Shown: piece after piece, positions 1 through 12,593 of the stretch
Position numbering within the stretch: the stretch's first letter is position 1
Layout of the letters: the number at the start of each line of letters is the position of its first letter
NCBI GenBank assembly: GCA_030390025.1
Contig: CM059432.1
Location: 64,234,001-64,298,000, forward strand
Direction: 5' to 3'
Length of the DNA: 64,000 bases
Source of the DNA: Squalus acanthias
Taxonomy: Eukaryota
The notes under the pieces: model-generated
What the model was told of the DNA's origin: nothing
Databases searched by the model: none
Seen by the model: only the letters and a program-made list of their open reading frames with translations
Position numbers and translations under genes: made by a program

Positions 1-471
1 CCCCAGCATCGAAACTTTGACCACGCTCGATCAGCTCCGATGGACGGGCCACATCGTCCGCATGCCCGATACGAGACTCCCAAAGCAAGCGCTCTACTTG
101 GAGCTCTGACATGGCAAGAGAGCCCCAGGTGGGCAGAGGAAACGCTTCAAGGACACCCTCAAAGCCTCCTTGAAAAAGTGCAACATCCCCACCGACACCT
201 GGGAATCCCTGGCCCAAGACCGCACAAAGTGGAGGAGAAGCATCTGGGAAGGCGCCGAACACCTCGAGTCTCTTCGCCGGGAGCAAGCAGAAGCCAAGCG
301 CAAGGAGCGCACGTCAACCCAAGCACTCCACCCACCCCTTCAACCACTGTCTGCCCCACCTGTGACAGAGACTGTAGGTCCCGCATTGGACTCATACGTC
401 ACCCGAGAACTCATTTTTAATGTGGAAGCAAGTCATCCTTGGTTACGAAGGACTGCCTAAGAAGAAGAAGA
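1..471 (+). mobile_element. RTE-clade LINE 3' end (window-truncated)
   Basis: Frameshifted ORFs give the RTE C-terminus (KRFKDTLKASLKKCNIPTDTWESLAQDRTKWR; CPTCDRDCRSRIGL..H..TH zinc finger) followed by a (GAA)n tail. Near-identical to 61194-61532. Confidence 0.85.
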
Positions 472-905
472 GTGACAACAGAGTCTGACACATTTTTGCA
501 CAGCTTGAAATCACACTCTGTGATATTAGTAACGAGCACGCTAACCCATTGCCACATTTCAGCATTTGGAAAAAGCGTTTCTTTTAATGGGTTTTTAAAT
601 GGAATGTGTATTCGCACAAATATGAAAAATAGAGCACCAAGATGACGGGTGGTTAATAAACTGAATGTATATCCAGAGACTTGACAATAAACAACTTGCT
701 AGCTTGTCTAGGTAATCACAAAGCACCTCTCACCTATTGTATTGTAAACCTCTTTGACCTCTTTGAGGCGAGGGTTAAAAAAAGAGACACAGATACAAAG
801 GCTGGCTTTTAGAATCAGGATGCGGAGATGCCGGTGTTGGACTGGGGTGGACAAAATTGAGAGGTCGCACAACACCAGGTTATAGTCCAACAGTTTTATT
901 TGAAA

Positions 906-947
906 TCACAAGCTTTCGGAGCTATCGATTGCTCCTTCCTCAGGTGA
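906..947 (-). ncRNA. Minimal type I hammerhead ribozyme motif
   Basis: Minus strand reads UCAC-CUGAGGA-A-GGAGC-loop-GCUCC-GAAA-GC-UU-GUGA. Confidence 0.8.
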
Positions 948-1387
948 AGTAAATTAGATACAGAATCGCCAAAGCATATATAGATAGAAAACAAAGCATG
1001 TGTACCTTACAATTGCAGACCACTAAATTAAATCATCCTGACTATCTGCCGAGGTGTGATAAAGTTAATTAAGTCAGCCAGGAAGGTACCACATCAAAGA
1101 CATAGCAAGATACAACTGAGACAATGAGGTGTAGTAAAAATTTTAAAGCTTTTCGTTTTACATACAGACGGCAGCTTTTGACATGTTAGAACCCCTGCGA
1201 CTACACCTCATTGTCTCAGTTGTATCTTGCTATGTCTTTGATGTGGTACCTTCCTGGCTGACTTAATTAACTTTATCACACCTCGGCAGATAGTCAGGAT
1301 GATTTAATTTAGTGGTCTGCAATTGTAAGGTACACATGCTTTGTTTTCTATCTATATATGCTTTGACGATTCTGTATCTAATTTACT

Positions 1388-1429
1388 TCACCTGAGGAAG
1401 GAGCAATCGATAGCTCCGAAAGCTTGTGA
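1388..1429 (+). ncRNA. Minimal type I hammerhead ribozyme motif
   Basis: tcac ctgagga a ggagc aatcgata gctcc gaaa gc tt gtga: stem I tcac/gtga, stem II ggagc/gctcc, palindromic AGCU stem III. Confidence 0.8.
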
Positions 1430-2128
1430 TTTCAAATAAAACTGTTGGACTATAACCTGGTTTTAGAATCAGGACATTCCACAGGCAGTCAGGCAGCAAA
1501 AGACTGAGAAAAACAGGAGGCTACAGGAATATTCTATCCTGGGCTGCTAGACAGAATGCAGAGGACTTAGTCTGTTTAAGACAAGCAAGATGACCCACTG
1601 AAGTGGGATAGTGTAGCATGTTCATTATTTTTATGTTATTATGCAAAGTTAAGTTGTATTGATTGAACTAAATAGTCTGATAATAATTATTGCTTACTTT
1701 GGAATAAAGTAACTTAATGATTCAAACCAAGCCTCACCTCATCTGACGTTAACTCAGTTTGCCAACAGAGAAATTACAGAAATACATACGCAAAAGATAT
1801 AGATATTCAGTTTGGATCACAAGGGGGTTCTACTGCTATATCCCTGGGTCCTGCTATCATACAAGTAGATATAGGGCAGTGTGAGTCAACACTCATTGGT
1901 AAAATGCATAGACCACTTACAGAATGATACCAATACCATTGAACACAAGAAGGTATCTACAACAGCACTTATTTTTGACACCTGTTCATAAAAGATTCTA
2001 TTGTGCGCTATTTTAACAAAGCCATTAACTGGTTTATTTTTAATGGATTAACGTATAAATAATGTACAGAAAGGTGTTCATTTTGCCTCTAGGTGAAGTG
2101 TTACCTGTAATAATATGGTGGAGTCATA

Positions 2129-3858
2129 GACCGCGATTTCACCTACCGAGGTGGGTCCGGTGCGGCCGGGATGTGACCCCACTGCTGGCTCCAGCCCGCT
2201 CTGTGAAAAGATTTTATGATTATTGGGCTTGTTAGGCACATTTCCCAGCCAATTGAAGGAAGCGGGTCTGATGACGTCATTTGATGACGCGTCATCAGCC
2301 GGTTTCCTTAAAGGGACCATGGCCAAATTGATTTTGACAGTTCTGCTGTCAGTGTTCTACAGCATTGAGGTGCTGCAAACACTGACAAGCACTGCACAGA
2401 GGTGCACAGGCTCTCCCATGACTCCCTCCCTTATGGAGGGAGCCACAGCACGCAGGGAGGTTCTCTTCCCTTCCAATGGGCAGAAGAGACCTCCCCAGGA
2501 GATCAACACAGCCTGGTTACACATTGCACAGGAGGGCAGAAGCAGGGATGTTGTCAGGAGGACCAGGCTGCAGTGGCACAAACCTTTCAATGATCTCAGT
2601 AGATCACAAAACGTTGCTGCAAAGCCACACTCAACCTCATCTTGCTGTGCCACCCATCACATCCCCATCACTCTGCCTTCCCTACCCTACTCCTGCACAT
2701 CCTTACTCACACCAACTTACCTTGCACCTCCACCCATCCCTCTCTATCGACATTATCACTTCCCCATCTCACTAGCCACCCCTCACACTCACTCTCATCC
2801 TTGTCCAATCATACCAACTAACAACACACAATGGTAGGCACTTGTGTGTTTTAGCCAATGTTCCTGTGAAGTTTCAGTTAATATGCTGTAAATATTGAAA
2901 TCTTTATTTTCAACACTTTGAGTTCTTGAACAGATTTGTGTGCACCTTTGGAAGTGGCTTAGTGAGTTGCAGTGAATGGTGAGACATAATGGTACCCCCT
3001 GCAATGGTGATGAGTGTGAAAGGAATAGATTGGGCATTGTAGGAATGCTTTATGGTGTTGGTGTGGGGTGGTGCCAACCTGGCGCATCATGTGGCAGCCA
3101 GGCTGTACAGCATCAAGTGAAGTAAATCTGGCCATGGTGAGGCCATCCCTGGTGTCCCGGGCAGCATCGGGTACTGATGGCCTGTGTAGCATCAGTTGAT
3201 TGCGGAGAAGGTTGGTGTTGTTGTTGGTGCTGCTGGTGTGCCTGGATCTGCTGGTGTTGGTTGGGGCTGATCGTGGTGGGATTCTGAGGACCAAGGTGAG
3301 AGAGTGTAAGCCATATTCATTCTGATGTAATAGATGGCAGATGAAGTTGAGATGACAGAAGCAAATCTGTCAATGGTCAGAGAGGTTGTTCCAATGAGGT
3401 GGCACTGGATAGAGAGTTGGCTCCAAACACTTGCAAGCTGCATAAAGCTCAATCTGTCTTCCAAATGTAGTAAGCAATAGTTTCTGAGCTTGAAAAGTGA
3501 ACAGCTGTGAGATGGGAGATTTTATACAACTTTTGCAGCTGTCAGATAATAAGATAATTCAATGCTGAATCCACTCATGCTGAGCTGATGTGATCCCCAA
3601 GCAGCGGGGAAGCCATGGGGGAACACGTAAAATTCAAAGGTAAGCTTAAAATACTATTTAAGTGCCTCTTAATCGCTCTACTGATCTAAATTGCCTACCC
3701 CACCAGCTTGGTGTCGGGTCTATTCAGCGATGACAAACCCGGCATCTGGGAGACTAGCATGGAGGCGGCTTGACAGCAGGTTCCACACCCGGTCAAAAAA
3801 AAATTTCCCACCTGACCCACCACCAAACGCACCCGCTGACCCCCGAAAAATTCCCCCC
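2129..3858. mobile_element. Internally deleted PIF/Harbinger DNA transposon
   Basis: ATA flanks both ends. Plus-strand Myb/SANT-like remnant (REVLFPSNGQKRPPQEINTAWLHIA...RRT...FNDL). Minus-strand transposase C-terminal remnant (RDGLTMARFT) like that at 14740. Confidence 0.7.
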
Positions 3859-4020
3859 ATAGTTGTTTGACAGTACTACTAAATGTGTTAGTATTTGCTT
3901 AACACATACAATAGCTTTTACCATATGCTGTGAGCCATTTTCATGAAATAAGTTAAGCGTACTGTTTGGCTTAATCTATGCAAGTTCTTGAGAAAACTGC
4001 ATCCATTTTATTTACTCATT

Positions 4021-5647
4021 GGCCCATAATTTGCAGTCAGCAGTGAAGCTAAGGCGCTTTGTTGTTTATTTTCTAGCCTTTCTTTCCTGTGTCTTCCGAA
4101 CTCACTTACAAATTTTCTGCCTCCCATTTCCAGCTTTGCTTCTCTCCCTTCTGAATCGAAGCTCAGGCTCCCATCCCACTGCCAAGCTAGTTTAAATCCC
4201 AACAGCACTAGCAAACCCCCCCATTAGGATATTTGTCCGGGCCCTGTTGAGGTGCAACCCGTCCAGCTTATACAGGTCCCACCTCCCCCAGAACCAGTCC
4301 CAATGCCTCAGGAATCTAAAGCCCTCCCTCCTGCACCATCTCTCTAAACAAGCATTCATCTGCTCTGTCCGCCTATTTCTGTACTCACTAGCACGTGCCA
4401 CCGGGAGTAATCTGGAGATGACTATCTTTGAGGTCCTGCTTATTAATCTCTTTCCTAGCTCCCTAAAATCTGCCTACAGGTCCTCATCCCTCTTTCTCCC
4501 TATGTCATTGGTATCTATATGGCCCACGACCTCTGGCTGGTCACCATCCCCCCTCAGAATGTCTAGCAGCTGCTCAGTGACATCCTTGAGCCTGGCACCA
4601 GGGACGCAACATACCATCCTGCAGTCGCAGAAACATCGGTCTTTTCCCCTTACTATTGAATCCCCTATCACTATTGCTTTTCTGACCTTCTTCCTCCCCC
4701 CGTACAACTGAGCCACCCATGGTGCCGTGGACTTGGCTCTGGCTGTACTTCACAGAGGAACCATTGCCCTCACCACCGGTTAGGGAGCGAGATTCACTCT
4801 GGACTCCTGCACTACCTGCCTGGTCCTCCTTGTCTGTCTGGCGGTCACCCATTCCCTCTCTGCCTGCAAACTCTTAAGCTGTGGGGTGACCAACTCCTGA
4901 AACATGTTATCCACATAGCTCTCAGACTCCCGGATGCACTGCAGTGACGCAAGCCGAAAACCAGAGCTCGAGCTCCTCCAGCTGACGATACTTCCTGCAC
5001 ATGTGCTTGTCCAGGACACGAGAAGCATTCTGGATCCCACATGGCACAGGATGTGCATTCGACGGGACTGAGCTGCCCTGCCATGCCTCTCCTAACTAAA
5101 CTTCTTAGTTTAACTCTCTGCCCTAACTTAGAGAGAAAAAAGTCTAAATTATTTACTCAAGTTTAACAGGAACCACTGAGATACAAAACACAAGAACCTA
5201 AATGTTAGATATCGAGATATTTAACCTGGAGTCCTCAGGTTCTGTGAATCCACTGCTCCTTTTGAGTTGGATGTGAGAAATCACCTTCCTGCTCTCCACC
5301 GAATTCCTACCATCACCAAATTCTTCCACTCTGCTTGCAATCCACTCCGATTGCGATTCACCCAGCTCTGTCTCTAAGCTCTGTGTTCAAACTCAGGGGG
5401 TAGTTAACAGTGATATTAGCGCGGGAAAGCTCAAGTTTTTTTCAGTTTCATTGATTTCACAGATTGCCGGCTATTGGGGGGATCCACAGCCCAGCCTGTA
5501 CCGGAGCAGTGAACGATTGACCGCAACTTCAGGATTTCCACATTTAGACACACATACGCTAAATCCTGAAGTTGCGGTCAGTTTCAGAGGGGGAATGATG
5601 ACAAACGCTGAGAGTTTGCCATCATTACCCACTGCAAAATCTGGGCC
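4021..5647. mobile_element. Harbinger-type MITE split by a CR1 fragment
   Basis: TIRs ggcccataatttgcagt / actgcaaaatctgggcc; 3-bp ATT on both sides. Confidence 0.6.
4060..5395 (-). mobile_element. CR1 LINE 5' part with degenerate ORF1 (zinc finger + SGNH esterase)
   Basis: MAGQLSPVECTSCAMW..., IVIGDSIVRG, HIDTND and DGLHLN motifs in shifting frames. Homologous to 52018-52968. Confidence 0.85.
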
Positions 5648-5859
5648 ATTTTAAATTACTCATGTTTTTCTATATTAATAATATTAATATTGAGGCCATT
5701 GATAACATTTTCTTCAAACACCTGCTTCAAATATTTGTTTGGTGACTAATGAACATCAAAACTTCATTATGGGTTGCAACATTCATGGGCCTAGATCTTC
5801 TGGTTAGCCATTAATCCAGCAGAAATGCAGCATGGTAGAACTTGAGTCTGCCACAAGAA

Positions 5860-7312
5860 GGATAGGAAATGTAACCCCGCTATTTAAGAAAGGAGGGAGA
5901 GAGGAAATGGGGAACTACAGACCTGTTAGCCTCACATCAGTAGTTGGGAAAATGCTGGAATCTATTATAAAGGATGCAATAACTGGGCACTTAGAAACTA
6001 ATAGTAAGATTGGGCAGAGTCAACATGGATTTATGAAAGGGAAATCCTGTTTGACAAACCTATTGGAGTTCTTTGAGGATGTAACTAGTGGAGTAGACAA
6101 AGGGGAACCGGTAGATGTGGTATATCTGGATTTTCAGAAGGCCTTCGATAAGGTCCCACACAAGAGGTTGGTGAACAAAATTAGGGCACATGGAATTGGG
6201 GGTAATATACAAGCACGGATTGAGAATTGGTTAACAGACAGAAAACAAAGAGTAGGGATAAACGGGTCTTTTTCAGGATGGCAGGCTGTGACTAGTGGGG
6301 TACCGCAAGGATCGGTGCTTGGGCCCCAGCTATTCACAATCTATATCAATGATTTGGATGAGGGAACTAAATGTAACATTTCCAAATTTGCTGATGATAC
6401 AAAGCTAGGTGGCAGCGTCAGTTGCGAAGAGGATGTGAAGAGACTTCAAGGGGATCTCGACAGGCTCAGTGAGTGGGCGAGAACATGGCAGATGGAATAT
6501 AATGTGGATAAATGTGAAGTTATCCACTTTGGTAGAAAAAACAGAAAGGCAGAGTATTTCCTAAATGGTGAAAGATTGGGGAATGTAGATGCTTAAAGGG
6601 ACCTGGATGTCCTTGTACATGAGTCACTGAAAGTGAATGTGCAGGTGCAGCAAACCATTAGGAAGGCAAATGGTATGCTGGCCTTCATTACAAGAGGATT
6701 TGAGTACAGGAGTAAAGAAGTCTTACTCCAATTATATAGGGCCTTGGTAAGACCACACCTGGAGTACTGTGTACAATTTTGGTCTCCTCACCTAAGGAAG
6801 GATATACTTGCCATAGAGGGAGTGCAACGAAGGTTCACGAGATTGATTCCTGGGATGGCGGGACTGTCGTATGAGAAGAGATTGAGTAAACTAGGCCTGT
6901 ATTCTCTTGAATTCAGAAGAATGAGAGGGGATCTCATTGAAGCATACAAAATTATAGGGCTTAATAGATGGATGCTGGGAGAATGTTTCCCTTAGCTGGG
7001 GAGTCTAGAACCAGGGGCCACAGCCTCAAGATAAAGGGTAGGCCATTCAGGACTGAGATGAGAAGAAATTTCTTCACACAGAGGGTGGTGAATCTTTGGA
7101 ATTCTCTACCCCAGAGGGCTGTGGAGGCTCAGTCACTGGGTATATTCAAAACAGAAGTCGATAGATTCTGACTAGTAAGGGCATCAAGGGATATGGCGAT
7201 AGGGCCGGTGAATGGAGTTGAGGCAGAAGATCAGCCATGATCTCATTGAATGGCGGAGCAGGCTCGAAGGGCCGAATGGCCTACTCCTACTCCTATTTCT
7301 TGTGTTATGTTC
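5860..7312 (+). mobile_element. 5'-truncated CR1 LINE (RT region to 3' tail)
   Basis: NYRPVSLTS, QHGF, YLDFQKAFDKVPH, GVPQGSVLGP, KFADD motifs; in-frame stop at 6594; CR1 3' UTR/tail. It appears to sit inside a MITE-like element (~5787-7821). Confidence 0.95.
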
Positions 7313-10294
7313 TTTGCAACTGATTCTATTGGCTTTATGGCTTTTTAAATTTTAAAGGGCCTCTCGCTGTTGATAGCAACGTTGGACTAGGGATGACCAG
7401 GTGTCCATTGCATCCAGTGTTCTATAGTACAAATAATGGAAAATACGTCACTCCTGCTCCTCCTGGCCCACAAGGAAAACAAAAATAAAATTTAAAAACT
7501 TACATTGCCTGGGCCTCTTTGGGCCCACAATGCATGTCCCAACAGGCCCGACCTGACGGGAAGGCTGCCACTGCTCCACCACTCAGGGCTCGGAATAAAC
7601 TAGCATATCGGGCCCCAATAATGTCATTGGGACCCGATCTGCATATTTAAAGAGGACCCCACTAGCTTGGGTCAGGTGACTTGCTTGCCTGTTCAAACAC
7701 ACGGGAAGGCCATGGGATCAGAGGGAGTAAGTCAATACCCTCATTTTAACTGCCTCCCCCCGCCGCCTCCAACCCCCACCGGCCTGGTAGAAACCAGGCG
7801 GGAGGAGTTGAAATTGGGGCCTATGTACCATTAGAATGATTTTTTTTTGCTACAGAATATTTCTGTATTACAGTACTTTTAGCTTCATTAAAAGTTAATG
7901 TTAACTGCTGGTAATTAAAATATAATGTTCATGAATTAGAAATCCAAAATTCTCCCAACTGTGCAGAATATGTTAATGAATGTTATTATTCTGGAGGAGT
8001 CAGCTTATGCCACGAATAAGTGCAACTGAGACCTGGAGATTTATGGAGATGGATGAAAAGCAATATCCTGATGCATCAACAGGTGTCAGGCATGGAGCAG
8101 GTTAAGAAGCAGAGTATTTCATCTGTGAAGATTAATCCTTTGAAAAGGAGGTACAGGTGGCAGATACTTGGAGTGAAATTTTCAATTAAAAATTGTTTAA
8201 TGGAACTGATACATTGACGGACATCTTGCCAGTTTTGTTCTGCAAATGTCATTGTAAAGAAAAGGCGTGTTTAAACAATTAAGATAAGACAGTTTCCTCA
8301 GTGTTGAAAGTTCCAGAGTGTGAAGACTAGCAGGACAGATGACATACTTATTCTATGTCAAAAGATATTTTTCTTCTCGTACAGTAGCAGCTGAATAGCT
8401 ATAAATTATGTGACACTAAGCCACTTTACAGAATAGAATGAAAAACAGCCTCACCACGTTCATAAATGAGAGGAAGTGAAGAGAGCTCTCCCATTATGTG
8501 TGAAGCACTGAACTGACAGGCTGTCCTGAGAGGATGCAGAACTGCTTAGTGTGCGTTCCCAGTTGAAACCAGTTGTGTTATGTTTGGCTTCAGTGAGAAT
8601 AACTCAGGTGCTTGCTCATTATGTCTGCTTAAGTTGTGTCAGGAAGGCAATAGTGGTTAAAGGGCAGGTGGACAAATTGTGCAGCTGCATTGTGTGGCAG
8701 CAGTATGCCGAGAGGAAGCTGCTTTTCTCTCTCTGCGGCATATTCTCATTCATTTTTAAACTTGTTTCCGAGATTGCAAAGACAATGGAAAAACATCAAT
8801 ACTGAGGGTGGATTTCAACGACTGCTCACCCATTCCTCAACTGAAAAATGGATGTTCAGCAGCTGAAGGTCGGTGGGGAAGCTCGGCCTCCCCTTGCTTG
8901 GCAAAGGCCAGCCTGATGCAATTTTCAGGTGGGTGTGTCACTGGGTGAACAGTACGCCAGCCTGTTTCGGGCATGAGCCTGTGAAAATATGAAAATTGTG
9001 GTCCTACACCATTGAAGGACCCCGATTGGAAATTTGAGGTGCAGATAGGCAGAGCATGCACCGTGCAAGCTTTGCCCATTTGTACTGGGCAGCGAACGGC
9101 CTAACCAGCAGTCCTTAAAGAGACCATTGGTGACTGCTCCACAAAAGGGCCCCAGACTTTTTCTCTTTTATTTTTGTGAGGTCAGGAGCAGCAGAGCACT
9201 CCTCCTGGATCCACAAAAATACTGTGGCCCACTGCCAGCCCATGGTTGTCCTCTACAGAATTGGCTCACCCCTCCCTCAGGCCTGACCAGCTAGCTGGCT
9301 TAACATAGGAGCCGACGATTTCCTGCCCTTCCACAATCGGAGAGAAGCAGTGGATCGGCCGTTTGGCCCCCCAGCTCGCCGGCTACATTCAAATGAGGCC
9401 CAACCTGGAAATGGTTCCGGCTTTGGGTGGTCAACACTTTGGCTTCATGCCCGTTTTGGGCAAATGTCAAAAATAACCTCCCCGCCCTCCACTGTTTCTG
9501 TTCTTTGCCTGTCAATTTCATAGCCTGGACCACTGAAGAGACTCTAATTTAGCCATCATGCGAATATCCTTCCTAGAAAATGGAGAATTTTCATTTGTTA
9601 GCATAATCTTTAGCTGGACCTTCCATCTTTGCCCCCAAGCAACAGGCTGCCCAAAGTGCACCGATACTGGCACAACATCTGCCAGCATTATGTAAATTGC
9701 CTGAACCCAGAAATCGAATGGGGTCAGGCGCGTATTTTACTAGCAGTTTGGAAGTCTTGCTTTGCCATTGTTATGGCAATTGAATGGGACTGTGGGTTTC
9801 TGGCCCCTTGATTTGTGTGTTCATTTTTTTGAGAATAGATGTCCATAATCAGTGATGTGAGACTGGTTTAAGAAAGCTTTTTGTCCATTTGTATCATTAC
9901 TTTCAATAGTATGTCATCCTAAAATGGGTTCTATGAAATTAGCAAGAAAAAATCTGTATCATGATTGGTAAGTTTTCTATCGCTTCTGCTATCAAAATCA
10001 CTTTGTACAAATTGGTTACAAAAGAAAAAGCACGTGAATGCAACATTTTGATTACCAACAGATTTGGGTTCATTTGGGGCATGCATAGCAATTACCGCAC
10101 AAAAAATTGGAGCGGGACCCAGTTACACCAGCTTACAATCTATGACGAGGAGGCATTTAGAGAGCTTGTCGTCAGACACCAACATTCAATTATTGGTGAG
10201 ACCCCTGCCTGCCTGCGGCGGGCAGCCCTGATGCTGCTGGAATCCCGGCAGTTAAAATGGCATTTCCTCCATCAACCCCTGAACCGTTAATGGC

Positions 10295-10960
10295 TCTCCA
10301 CCATCTATAAAGTCTGTCAGTTATGTAAAGGAATATTCACCACTCACCTTGCATGGAAGCTTGGCACCATTCAGGACAAAACAGTCTGCTTGGTTAGCAC
10401 CTCTGCCATTGAATTCAATATCCACCCTCTCCACGGCTGCAGACTGTTGCTGCAGCGTGTATGACTATCTGATCATTATGACATTGCTGTTTGTGGAACC
10501 TGCTGTGCGCAAATTGGCTGCCGCATTTCCCTAAATTACAACAGTGACTCAACTTCAAAAGTGCTTAATTGGCTGTAAAGTGCCTTGGGATGTCCTGAGG
10601 TTGTGAAAGGCGCTATATAAATGCAAGTCTTTCTATCTACAGTGTGCACTGCAGCAATTCACCAAGTGTACTTCGACAGCACCTCTCAGCCTTCCAACCT
10701 CTACCACCGAGAATGACAAGATCAGCAATGTTATGGGAAAGCCATCACCTCCAGGTTCCACTCCAAACCACTCACCATCCTGACTTGCACATAGATCGCT
10801 GTTTATTAATAGATGCTGAATCGAAATCCTGGAATTCCCTGCCGAACACCACTTTGGGAGCACCATCACCACAAGGTCTGCAGCGATTTAAAAAGCAGAG
10901 CAGCTAGGGATGGGCAATAAATGAGGCTCTGCCAGTGTCACCTAGGTCCTGAGAACAGTT
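10295..10960 (+). mobile_element. Old 3' fragment of LINE family B (CR1/L2 group)
   Basis: Degenerate match to 19020-19541 (MHCSNSP...KSWNSLPN; gggatgggcaataaatg tail). Confidence 0.7.
10472..10632 (+). mobile_element. DeuSINE-like (AmnSINE1/SacSINE1-type) SINE 3' part
   Basis: caaattggctgccgcatttccc...aaggcgctatataaatgcaagt resembles the DeuSINE 3' tail as recalled. It interrupts the LINE B fragment. Confidence 0.6.
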
Positions 10961-12593
10961 TATAAAAGATCCCTTACTGTACTGAACTTCAAGGTTTCAA
11001 ACCTTACCAACACAGCCAAACGTGCCACGGCTCTTAAAGTGCATCATTAATTGGAAAATTTAAAGCTGTGCGTTTCTTGTATAAAGCCTGAATAGAATTG
11101 CTGCTGACAAAGTTGACCAACATGAAGCCAAGTATTGCCATCAGAGGATTTCTGATTGCTGGGGCAGCAAAACAGTGACCCATAAATCAGGAACCAGGGA
11201 AAAGAGCAAAATTCAATGAAAACTTACTGAAGTGTAACTAGGATTTAAAGAAAGCAATTTGCAAAGTGTCATATATCTGTAACCCTGAAAAGAGTTTGGC
11301 AATTGCTGTGGAATTGTTCATTTCCACAAATTTGAAGCTGAACATTGGAAGAACTGGAGTATAAATATTAAAGGATGCAGAGTGATTAGTTAATATTGCA
11401 GCAAAAGAACAGGGCAGTGTAAAAATAACAGAACTGTGAAATACTTGCATCTTGAAACTAAACTGTGAGATTAGCGCATGAAGGTTTAACACATCTGTAT
11501 GCAATTCTTTGGTCCAGATTTTAACAGAGGCATTAATCTGTGGATTAACACCTCCATTGAAATAGTGAAATAAGGAATTGCATATGAATGAATTGGGCAT
11601 TTATTTGTTAATATTCTCACAGGGTCAAATCAAGAGAGTGCAGTTTCTCTTTTGATAAAATAAACGGGAAGATACCTATTTTTCTCCATTATTAATGACT
11701 CGCCAACACAATTGAATTCTCAGGAATTGCTCATTTCAAGTCAATTATCTAATAATTTTGACAAAAATGTTAATTACAGTAAAAAATAGACATCCTCCAT
11801 TTTTTTTGTGAAGACAAATTTTTGACCCCAAGACTACATGATAGAATCAATGACAAGATTTTTGCCTTTACCTCCTGGGTGCTAAACATGGCCTGGACAC
11901 AGCGCCAAATGGAAAATCTGGCGGGGAGCATTGCATGCCAGTAACAGAACCCATTTTGGAAGGAAAATTCAGTGGGTTCTGTAGGGGCATGTCTCCTTGC
12001 CAGATTTTCCTTTCTGCACTCTGCACAGATGATGCTTACTGCAATAAGTAAAGACGATAATCTACCTTAATCACTTTTAATTGAATGACTGGAAAACTAA
12101 AATTTAGCAACATAGCATTTTTTGATTTGCAGATATGACAGAACAATTGAGGCGCGTTTGGATGCCTGCGAGTAACCTACACGTCAAAGTCGGGGCTTAA
12201 ATTATTGCAGGTGGGTGGGTAGTTATTGTTGCAATTAACGTCCTTAGGAGACGTTAAAGAGGTGTTTTTAAATTGAATTTAACTTAGCTTTAAATTTAAC
12301 GGCCGGATTGTTCACCTTTGAGCCGGGTTGGGTGTGTGCGGGGTGTGTAGCGGGTCCGGAACGCAATGTTCTGAACAACGTGCTGCTCAGAGCGACTTTC
12401 ACTTAATGGCCCCAATTGAAAGACTCATCGCGTTTCCCGGCCCTATTAAATGGTGCGGGCCTGATGGCATCATCGATGACGCGTTTCCAGCACCCATATT
12501 TAAGGCAGCCTTGCACTGAACTCACTTGAAGGTTGCCAAAGGAGGGTGAAAGGTGTGCAAGAAAGGCCATGGGATAGATAAAAATTTTGAAAC

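Larger units (their letters stand above)
821..1460. mobile_element. Penelope-like element terminal repeat (pLTR) insertion in inverted arrangement
   Basis: 14-bp TSD ttttagaatcagga (807-820, 1461-1474). Arms 875-1135 and 1200-1460 are near-perfect reverse complements. Sequence matches the region downstream of the GIY-YIG-like tail at 57190-57533. Confidence 0.85.

Noticed and set aside
875..1460. Assembly artefact explanation for the inverted repeat
   Set aside because: It has a 14-bp TSD, asymmetric arms, at least one mismatch, and a spacer matching the independent copy at 57190-57260. Not fully excluded without reads.
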